NCBI GenBank assembly: GCA_047624885.1
Contig: JBLHQF010000001.1
Span: 1-53,106, forward strand
Reading direction: 5' to 3'
Length of the DNA stretch: 53,106 nt
From: Cryomorphaceae bacterium
Lineage (GTDB): Bacteria > Verrucomicrobiota > Verrucomicrobiia > Verrucomicrobiales > Akkermansiaceae
Both the position numbers and the translations under genes were made by a program. The notes under the pieces are model-generated. The model worked only from the letters and a program-made list of their open reading frames with translations, was not told the origin of the DNA and made no database searches. Positions 38,023 to 45,438 of the stretch are shown here, piece after piece. How positions within the stretch are numbered: position 1 is the first letter of the stretch; the number at the start of each line of letters is the position of its first letter.

Positions 38023-39612
38023 TCAGGTAATGGGGCACTTTGCGAGTCGCTCGAAGATTCCTAGGTAGCTCTCAACGGTGGCCATCGGATCAAATCTCTG
38101 TTTGCTTTCCCGCATGATGCGGGCTGTCTGGCCAGATCTCCATTCAAGGTCGCTCCGGTAAAACTGCATCGCTTCGTCGATGGCCCAGCGTAATCCCCTG
38201 CTGTCGAATATTTCGAAGACGAATCCGTTACCAGTATACTCATCAGCATCAATGTGAGTCACAGTGTCACTTAAGCCTCCGGTGCGGTGCACCACTGGCA
38301 GTGACCCATAGAGCGCGGCGATCATCTGGGCTAGCCCACAGGGCTCATAGCTGGACGGCACAAGTGTGAAGTCGGAGGCAGCGTAGCCGAGTCGCGAGAG
38401 GTCTTCATTGAAGTCGCAAACTGCAACCCGATCATGGATTCCATGCAGATCCACGATGCTCTTGAAATGTCCCTGGAAGGCGCCGTCCGCTAGTAAGGCA
38501 ACCTGCAATCCGGAGACCCCATAATCCAAGATTACCTGATGAAGGATGTCCGACAGCAACTGACAACCCTTCTGAGTGGGATCCAGTCGTGAAGGCCAAA
38601 AGAAGAGCGGTGCGTCGGGATCGGGTGAGAGTCCAGTGCGCTTCTGGAAAGCTAGCTTGTTGGCTGCTTTGCCCTGCACTGCAGAAACCGGATCATATGG
38701 TTGCGCAAGAGCGGGGTCTATCGCGGGATCGTAGGATGGGTGGGGTGCGTTCAGTATCCCTGCTGCATATCCCGTCTCCCTCATGTGCGCTAGGTGATCT
38801 CGAACCACTCGGGGTAGTTCTCCATGTTGATTGTTGATCATTTCGTCGAGAAAGGATGGACTAACCGTGTTCACGAAACTGGAGGCGCAGATGCCGCTGG
38901 TGAGGAGATTGACCGGGTTGTGATTACGGGATTCTTCGTAGTTCTGTGGGTAGCGCTCTAAGTAGAGCGACTGCCAGAACTCGGCCGCATCGATACCCAT
39001 GTGCTCCATATGTGCAAGACTCAGGCGTTCTGTGTGAATGTTATGAATGGTAAAGACGCATGGAATATTCAGTCGCCGAGCTGCGGCAGGAATGATCCCG
39101 GTCATCCAATCGTGGCAGTGAATGATGTCCGGCTGTACTCGAGGGATGATATTGTTGAGGACTTCCCGTTGAAAAGCTAGGGCTACCTCTGGATTCTTGT
39201 GACTGTAAACTTTATCACGATAGTAGAAACTGCGATCCTCGGCGAGGTGGAGGTTTGTATTGTGAGATTTGCGGTTGTAGTTCCTCCAGTCATCGTTAGG
39301 TAAGGCGGAGGACACCACGCCAAACAGCCGCCGGTAGTGAGGAAGAGCTACGTGAACATCCGCCCCTTGCTTAGTAAGCGTATCGAGCAATAGAGCGGCG
39401 ACATCCGCAAGGCCTCCTGCCTTGGCGCAAATCCTGGTCGTGAGTCCCTCCGAGCCAGCTGGCAGGAATGAGATCTCCGGCGTGACTATCAGGATGCGTG
39501 GCTTACGCTTGGTGCGCGACCGGATATCTCCCATGGGAGGATGTTGAAATAGATTCATTTCAAATAAACCGCTGCTACCATTGATCATGGATTTCGATTC
39601 AATCAGGCTCAT
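38023..39612 (-). CDS. glgA: Glycogen/starch synthase (GT5)
   Basis: KAGGLADV, HCHDW, FTIHN, PSSYEPCGLAQM, TGGLSDTV; start may be further downstream. Confidence 0.85.
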   Translation of the reverse strand: MSLIESKSMINGSSGLFEMNLFQHPPMGDIRSRTKRKPRILIVTPEISFLPAGSEGLTTRICAKAGGLADVAALLLDTLTKQGADVHVALPHYRRLFGVVSSALPNDDWRNYNRKSHNTNLHLAEDRSFYYRDKVYSHKNPEVALAFQREVLNNIIPRVQPDIIHCHDWMTGIIPAAARRLNIPCVFTIHNIHTERLSLAHMEHMGIDAAEFWQSLYLERYPQNYEESRNHNPVNLLTSGICASSFVNTVSPSFLDEMINNQHGELPRVVRDHLAHMRETGYAAGILNAPHPSYDPAIDPALAQPYDPVSAVQGKAANKLAFQKRTGLSPDPDAPLFFWPSRLDPTQKGCQLLSDILHQVILDYGVSGLQVALLADGAFQGHFKSIVDLHGIHDRVAVCDFNEDLSRLGYAASDFTLVPSSYEPCGLAQMIAALYGSLPVVHRTGGLSDTVTHIDADEYTGNGFVFEIFDSRGLRWAIDEAMQFYRSDLEWRSGQTARIMRESKQRFDPMATVESYLGIFERLAKCPIT

Positions 39613-39834
39613 ATTTCTTTTTTGTTTGTTATTAGCATATCTTGAATCCGGTTTTCATTTTATAGCTTTTCACATCGAGAACAGCGCACATCATTTTAGC
39701 GTTGAATGGTATTAGTAGGTTTCCCACTATTTTTCCCGATACGAGACGCTTACAGTCTTCTATGCCAAGATAGTGTTTTTTTACTTTACGCATAATAATT
39801 CCGATAATTTTAGCCCCCGGCACGAGCTTCACAA

Positions 39835-39850
39835 TGGGGTGAAACCCTAC
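39835..39850. promoter_or_regulatory. Regulon box 12: TGGGGT-GAAA-CCCTAC, upstream of glgA
   Basis: TTGTGA flank and TAAAAT (39807-39812) on - strand; overlaps the stop of the sigma fragment. Confidence 0.85.
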
Positions 39851-40218
39851 CTAAATGGAAGCGCAAGACAGACGGACTGGGCGATTTTGAGTTCTTTTTC
39901 TTCAATGGTCTCCGGTGATTCTAGCTCCTGATCATTCACCTCGATGATAGGAGTGAAGCGTCCGCTTTTGCGCCTTCGCCTGAGAAATTCCTGTCGGAGG
40001 GCTGTGAAGAGCCAAGCTTTCGCTTCTTCTAGACCCCTAACTTTTCCTCCTTGAGTTACCAGTATGAAATAAGTTTGCTGGGTAAGCTCAATCGCCTCAG
40101 CTTCATTGCGTGTGAGACTTAGTGCAAACCGATATAAGTTGGCATAGTGTTCTTCGACAAGATATTCAAGAATGGATGGGCTCAACTTCATTGGTTTAGA
40201 TCGATTTGGGGTTTTCAT
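39847..40218 (-). pseudogene. Truncated ECF sigma factor (region 2 present, region 4 missing)
   Basis: HYANLYRFALSLTRNEAEAIELTQQTY...AKAWLFTALRQEFL; ends at 123 aa with no region-4 HTH. Confidence 0.78.
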
Positions 40219-40274
40219 AATTTCATGTTAGTTAGAATGAATTATAGCTTGTAGTAGAAAAATCACCTTTGCTA

Positions 40275-40290
40275 TGGGGTAAATCCCTAC
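40275..40290. promoter_or_regulatory. Regulon box 13: TGGGGT-AAAT-CCCTAC
   Basis: TAGCAA flank; CAAGCT (40246-40251) and overlapping TATAAT (40241-40246) on - strand. Confidence 0.85.
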
Positions 40291-40470
40291 CGTGATGAGC
40301 CACTCTGCCGCGATGCTAATCCAGCTAGGTAATTTCTGCCGCTTTTTGGTGTTGACCTCCCGCTTGATAATAATGCCCTTTGTGGTAATACCGATCCATG
40401 ACGATTGTAACAATTAATAAATTAATGGGTTATATCGACACCCATCAATTCAACTGTTCTTGTATCGCTC

Positions 40471-40860
40471 TTACACTGTCTCGCATAAACAAGCTATAAA
40501 ACTATCTACTTCCCCATCGCGTTTCATGGCTGATTCCATTTTCCGAACGTTGTTGCCGAGATCGTGATCGCAGAACAGGTTGGCTATCCAGCGTGAAACG
40601 TCGTGATGGCGGCTGTGATCTCTTAAAATACCAGGTTTGACTCGCTTGGCGGCTGTGGCTAGTTCCAGCAGAGTGGCCGCAGATTCTCCAACGAGATGCC
40701 CGTTGTTAGTGAATACAAACTCGTGTTCTTTTGAGACAGGAACGTCAGAATATTTTGCGCTATGCCGGACATGATTGGTCACCCGCCTGCACGACGGCAA
40801 AGCGACTAAGATACCCTTCTGTTTCCTAAGTTGGAGGCAGTAATGCGGCTTCGCTCTCAC
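40471..40860 (-). pseudogene. C-terminal fragment resembling the tail of HAD-IIB/P-loop fusion proteins
   Basis: RVTNHVRHSAKY.DVPV...FVF...AATLLE...HDVSRWIANLFCDHDL; no credible start; family assignment from memory. Confidence 0.55.
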
Positions 40861-41072
40861 GGTGTCGGATAACGGTAGTGGATTCCATCCAGTGAAATTA
40901 TCGTGTCGAGGTATTGGTCTTCGGACGATGAAGTATCGTGCTCGCGCTATTGGAGCGAGCTTCAGGATTCAAAGGCGCAAAAAAGGAGTAACAAGGATAG
41001 AGTGTATTTTTTCCGATCAGTGAAACCCCGAGAAGTGATAATACCACTTGGCATTCCCTACTTTAATGGGAG

Positions 41073-42248
41073 CTAAAGGCATGCGGACCGGGCGATCATG
41101 AGTTCTTCGTCCGTGGGGATGACTCGCACTGTGGTCTGTCCAGCATCCGTGGAGATCACTGCCGCTGATCTAGTATTGCGGAACTCGTTTAGCTCAATAC
41201 CTAGGAAGCCTAGTCCATCACAAATGCGTTCTCGAATGACCGGTGAATTTTCGCCGATGCCGCCGGAGAAAACCAAGGAGTCCAATCCACCGAGCGCAGC
41301 GGCGAAGGAGCCGATCCTCATTTTCACCTGATAACAAAACATCGCCACTGCTTCCGCTGCTCTGATATCGGTCGCTTCAATGTCAAGTAGATCACCGAGG
41401 TCGGAGCTAGTTTCGGAAATCCCGAGCAGTCCGGACTCTTTGTTCACCATCGTTTGAAACCCCTCCGCCGTCATCTTTTCCTCATGAGCTAAGTAGCTAA
41501 ACAAGCCAGGGTCTAGATCGCCAGAACGGGTGCTCATCATTAAGCCAGAAGCTGGGGTGAAACCCATGCTGGTGTCGATGCTTTCGCCGTTCGCTAAGGC
41601 GGCTAGACTTGCTCCATTTCCGAGGTGAGCCAGGATGACGCGCCTTTTTTTGGCAGAGGTATCAAGACGTGCGAGTTCCTCCATAAGGTAGGAATAGGAC
41701 AGACCGTGGAAGCCGTAGCGCTCGACGCCTTGTTCCGAATAGCGGCGTGGGATGGGTAGTAATTTCGCCACTTTAGGCATATTCTGGTGAAACGAGGTGT
41801 CGAAGCAGGCGTATTGAGGGAGATCAGGATGCCTATTTTGGAACGCTTCAATCAGCATTATTTCCTGCGGCAGATGCTCTGGAACATAAGGTGTGATGCT
41901 GTGTAATTCAGCGAGCAAATTGTTCGTGATTGGAGTGGCCGCGGTATGCTTCATCCCGTGCACCACACGATGACCTACCGCTCGGATCGATGGGAAGCAC
42001 CGATGCTCAGAAATCCATTCTAACAAAAATCCTGCGGCCTTTACAAAATCGCAACTGGGAATAGAAATAGGTCTATCGACTGGTGATTCGCTAAACGAAT
42101 CTAGAACCGTCATCTCCATCCCTGGCAAACCGATTCGGTCGATTTTTCCAGAAAGTTGACTAGCCATGGAGATCTCATCGTAAACGGAAAAGCGGATACT
42201 TGATGAGCCAACATTGATTACGAGGAGATTAGAGGGCGGAAATTTCAT
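41073..42248 (-). CDS. ackA: Acetate/propionate kinase
   Basis: LVINVGSSSIRF, GHRVVHG, FDTSFH, RYGFHGLSY, HLGNGAS, TSMGFTP, FSGGIGEN, IPTDEE. Confidence 0.94.
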   Translation of the reverse strand: MKFPPSNLLVINVGSSSIRFSVYDEISMASQLSGKIDRIGLPGMEMTVLDSFSESPVDRPISIPSCDFVKAAGFLLEWISEHRCFPSIRAVGHRVVHGMKHTAATPITNNLLAELHSITPYVPEHLPQEIMLIEAFQNRHPDLPQYACFDTSFHQNMPKVAKLLPIPRRYSEQGVERYGFHGLSYSYLMEELARLDTSAKKRRVILAHLGNGASLAALANGESIDTSMGFTPASGLMMSTRSGDLDPGLFSYLAHEEKMTAEGFQTMVNKESGLLGISETSSDLGDLLDIEATDIRAAEAVAMFCYQVKMRIGSFAAALGGLDSLVFSGGIGENSPVIRERICDGLGFLGIELNEFRNTRSAAVISTDAGQTTVRVIPTDEELMIARSACL

Positions 42249-42282
42249 GACTTACTCTGGACTAACAGGTAAATCACAGCCA

Positions 42283-42298
42283 TGGGGTCTTCACCCCA
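42283..42298. promoter_or_regulatory. Regulon box 14: (A)TGGGGT-CTTC-ACCCCA(T), divergent ackA / kinase-regulator promoter
   Basis: Perfect 7-bp arms; CAGAGT 23 nt away on -, TATGAT (42321-42326) 22 nt away on +. Confidence 0.9.
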
Positions 42299-42408
42299 TA
42301 TCGTTATTCAACCAAGTATGTATGATTTGAGAATACAATTGCCTGTCTATACGAGGAGAGCTAACATCAGATCTAAATCTTTATCCAGAGTTACAAAATC
42401 AGAAGCCG

Positions 42409-43617
42409 ATGAAATACAAAACCCCACGAATGTTTAAAGCCTACCAGGACGGGCTCCATCGTTATCTCAAGGATGCCCCTGATTGCAATCTGAAAGAGGC
42501 TCATAACCTGGGAGAGCGAGCGCTTGATCTCAATTTAGAGACACTTGATCTGGCAAAACTGCATCAGGAATCGTTGATTGCGCTGGTCTTTAAAACCTCA
42601 CCGGTTGAGGTTTTTGAAGAGATGACTCGCTTGGCAGGAAAATTTTTCGCCGAAGCCGTAACTCCTATTGAGGGCAGTCATCAGGCGGTGAGAGAGGCAA
42701 ATATAGAGCTGAAATCCACCGTCGATAAACTGAGTCAGCGAACCTTAGAACTTGCCGAGTCTAACTCAGAACTGAATGAGGAGATGAACAACCGTAAGAC
42801 CGCTGAAAAATTGCTCGAAACCAGCCAATTAACGACCAGTGAACTATTGGCGGAATCACTCATCCTTCAAGAGGACCTTCGGCTTTTATCTCGCCGGCTG
42901 ATGGTAGTTCAGGAAGATGAGCGCAAGCGAATTAGTCGAGAACTACATGACATTGTTGCCCAGACCTTGACGGGTATTAATGTCCACTTAGCCACCCTGA
43001 CTTTACAGACGGACGCCAACTCGGAGAACATTCATCAAAAAATCGTGGATACCCAAAAGCTCATAGCAAAGTCCATGGACATCGTTCACCGTTTCGCTGG
43101 CGATCTCCGGCCGACCGTTTTGGATGATCTCGGATTTATTCCCGCTCTCAAGTCCTATTTGAAAAATTTCATGGAACGCTCCGGTATCCGGGCCACGCTT
43201 AACGTCTTCTCAGGTGTTGAAAAATTTAGCAGTGAAGTGCGCACCGTCCTTTACCGAGTGTCACAGGAAGCATTGATCAATGTGGAGCATCACTCAAAAG
43301 CCACTAATCTAGAGATTTCTATTACCAAGCTCAAGGACGTGGTGCGGATGGAGATCTGCGATGATGGCAACGGCTTCAAGATGGAGAAGCCTGTCCAGTC
43401 ACGGAGTTGCCAAAAACTCGGTTTACTAGGGATGAGGGAACGAGTAGAAATGATAGATGGTCAGTTTTTTGTGATGTCTGAACTAGGTAAGGGCACCACT
43501 GTGCGTGTTGATGTACCCCGGCCATCTGACTGCTGCTCTTGTCCTATCGATGTCCCCCTATTATCTGATTGCAACTCTTGCTCTACCATAGATAAATCTT
43601 CAACCCCACATCAATAA
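42409..43617 (+). CDS. Soluble HisKA_3 sensor histidine kinase with RsbU_N-like N-terminus and Cys-rich tail
   Basis: QEDERKRISRELHD, LRPTVLDDLG, YRVSQEALINVEHHS, DDGNGF, LGLLGMRERV; no TM segment; N-terminal YQDGLHRYL...AHNLGERAL...LAKLHQESL. Confidence 0.9.
   Translation: MKYKTPRMFKAYQDGLHRYLKDAPDCNLKEAHNLGERALDLNLETLDLAKLHQESLIALVFKTSPVEVFEEMTRLAGKFFAEAVTPIEGSHQAVREANIELKSTVDKLSQRTLELAESNSELNEEMNNRKTAEKLLETSQLTTSELLAESLILQEDLRLLSRRLMVVQEDERKRISRELHDIVAQTLTGINVHLATLTLQTDANSENIHQKIVDTQKLIAKSMDIVHRFAGDLRPTVLDDLGFIPALKSYLKNFMERSGIRATLNVFSGVEKFSSEVRTVLYRVSQEALINVEHHSKATNLEISITKLKDVVRMEICDDGNGFKMEKPVQSRSCQKLGLLGMRERVEMIDGQFFVMSELGKGTTVRVDVPRPSDCCSCPIDVPLLSDCNSCSTIDKSSTPHQ
43510..43587 (+). repeat. 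Imperfect 39-bp tandem duplication encoding DVPRPSDCCSCPI / DVPLLSDCNSCST
   Basis: gatgtaccccggccatctgactgc... vs gatgtccccctattatctgattgc..., 39 nt apart. Confidence 0.7.
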
Positions 43618-43620
43618 AAA

Positions 43621-44295
43621 ATGAAAAATATTATCACCGTTTTACTCGCAGACGATCACGCGATGGTTCGTGCAGGCTTGCACTCTTTAATAAATACTGA
43701 GTCGGATATTGAAGTCATAGGTGAAGCAGAGAATGGCAGGGAAGCGGTCGAAATGGCAACAAGCCTGAACCCCGATATTATCATCATGGACATTGCTATG
43801 CCCACTCTCAACGGCTTTGAAGCAACCCGTCAGATTATTAAGTCCACACCAGCGGCTAAGATTTTCATCTTATCCGCCCACGGCGATGATGCCTATGTCG
43901 AGCAGGCGATGACCATAGGCGCTTCTGGATTTCTCATCAAGCAATCCGCAGCACATATCTTGCCTGTAGCCATCCGGCAAATTTATAATGGGAGTGAATT
44001 TTTCAGCCCCACCATCTCCAGACGGTTGCTTCAACAACAGCACAGGGATCAACAGCGGGGAGACGATAACACTCCCCAGCTAAGCTCCCGCGAAATGGAG
44101 GTGCTTCAGCTCGTTGCCGAAGGCAAAGCCAATAAGCAAACTGCCGATGAACTCAATATCAGCATCAAAACCGTAGAAAAACACCGCCAAAGCCTCATGG
44201 ATAAACTCAACATCCACGACACCGCAGGTCTCACCCGTTATGCGATTGCGGCAGGCGTTATCGAAAGCAGCGTTCAGGTTACGATTATCGAGTGA
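43621..44295 (+). CDS. NarL/LuxR-family response regulator
   Basis: LADDHAMVRAG, MDIAMP, LSSREMEVLQLVAEGKANKQTADELNISIKTVEKHRQSLMDKL. Confidence 0.95.
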   Translation: MKNIITVLLADDHAMVRAGLHSLINTESDIEVIGEAENGREAVEMATSLNPDIIIMDIAMPTLNGFEATRQIIKSTPAAKIFILSAHGDDAYVEQAMTIGASGFLIKQSAAHILPVAIRQIYNGSEFFSPTISRRLLQQQHRDQQRGDDNTPQLSSREMEVLQLVAEGKANKQTADELNISIKTVEKHRQSLMDKLNIHDTAGLTRYAIAAGVIESSVQVTIIE

Positions 44296-44439
44296 AATCA
44301 GCCGTCCATAGCATAATCACCTCAGTTTTTCGCGTAGCTCTAGGCCACAGGTGTCCAGTGTGTCGAGCAGTATCGTGATGTAGCAGACGAGCCGGATATT
44401 CACACCTTCATGCTGTTGTGGATTACCTCGAAATTGTGA

Positions 44440-44789
44440 TGATTTAGGATATCCGCCAGAACCAAACATTTGCTCAAAGAAATCACTAAAGCCAGTGCCA
44501 TCAAATTGATACTCATAGTTTCCAGATTGTGCCCCCAGATCCTGATGCGCTCCCTGAGCTTGTCCAGTGTTCTGCCAACCGGGTTCTAAGGTGTCGTATT
44601 TTTACATTTTTCTGTATCACTCAGTACTTCGTAAGCTTCATTGATCTCCTTAATTTTCTCTTCTGCATTAGGAACATTTTTCGCTAAATCGGGATGCTAT
44701 TTCCTCGCGATCTTACGGAATACTTTCTTGATATCAGCTTGACTGGAATCCTTTTTGACACTTAAACGGTCATAGTAATCCTGAAACAA
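44440..44789 (-). pseudogene. CbpA/DnaJ-class J-domain pseudogene
   Basis: FQDYYDRLSVKKDSSQADIKKVFRKIARK*HPD...KEINEAYEVLSD, frameshift, then GTGFSDFFEQMFG; TAG at 44697-44699; no start codon. Confidence 0.88.
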
Positions 44790-45157
44790 CTAAGAGAGAT
44801 AATTTTTACTTTCTCTTTAATAAGGTTAGTGCTGTAGGGGTTCAGAAAAATCTAGCTTCACATATAATTTACAGCTATAGTTTATCATATTTTTAAAATT
44901 GATTGGTTAATGTAATCGAGTTTCACAAGCTGTCTCCTGCTGGCATCGTAGCTACAGTCTCTATATTAAGCCTATGAAATCAGGCAACATATTAGACGCC
45001 TTCTCAAAGTCATTCTGCACTAATCTTCAAGTAGCACCCTTAAACCTTCAGTGCTATCAGTCCCTTCCCTCTGTTCAACATCAGCAACTGGGAAACCAAC
45101 CTCATTTAGTCAACCTTCGTATTTAAGGCGCAGTATTCGGGCAGTAGCTTTTTCTCT

Positions 45158-45197
45158 AAAAAAAATTAGGGAGTCACGATTTCTCGTAACTCCCTAA
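45158..45197 (-). terminator. Intrinsic terminator of tRNA-Tyr
   Basis: TTAGGGAGT...ACTCCCTAA stem followed by a T-run on - strand. Confidence 0.8.
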
Positions 45198-45205
45198 GTT
45201 AAAGA

Positions 45206-45291
45206 TGGTGGGCAGAGAAGGATTCGAACCTTCGTACACTTACGTGAGCAGATTTACAGTCTGCCGCCTTTAACCACTCGGCCATCTGCCC
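45206..45291 (-). tRNA. tRNA-Tyr (GTA)
   Basis: GGGCAGATGGCCGAGTGGTTAAAGGCGGCAGACTGTAAATCTGC...GGTTCGAATCC...CTGCCCACCA; long variable arm, encoded CCA. Confidence 0.97.
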
Positions 45292-45438
45292 ATCTGATAT
45301 TTCAGAAAATTTCAGTCATTGCTAACTGCGGTTAGTTACCTCTTGCGAAGCGGGGGTTTTCTATGCACTGGGGCGAATTGTTGCAAGGTTAAAATAACTC
45401 TTTTTTTGCTTTTTTCTAATGCTAGTCTCCTGCCAGAA

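Noticed and set aside
40228-40413. 61-aa ORF
   Set aside because: Spans box 13 and its promoter, has a TTG start and no recognisable motif
13-42298. Recurrent palindrome interpreted as CRISPR repeats, attC sites or IS ends
   Set aside because: Spacing is irregular (58 bp to ~8 kb), copies are only 16 bp, there are no cas, integrase or transposase genes, and position tracks promoters
44831-44849. Half box GTAGGGGTTC upstream of the cbpA pseudogene
   Set aside because: Only one arm and no -10 at the expected distance; may be a decayed site but is not supportable
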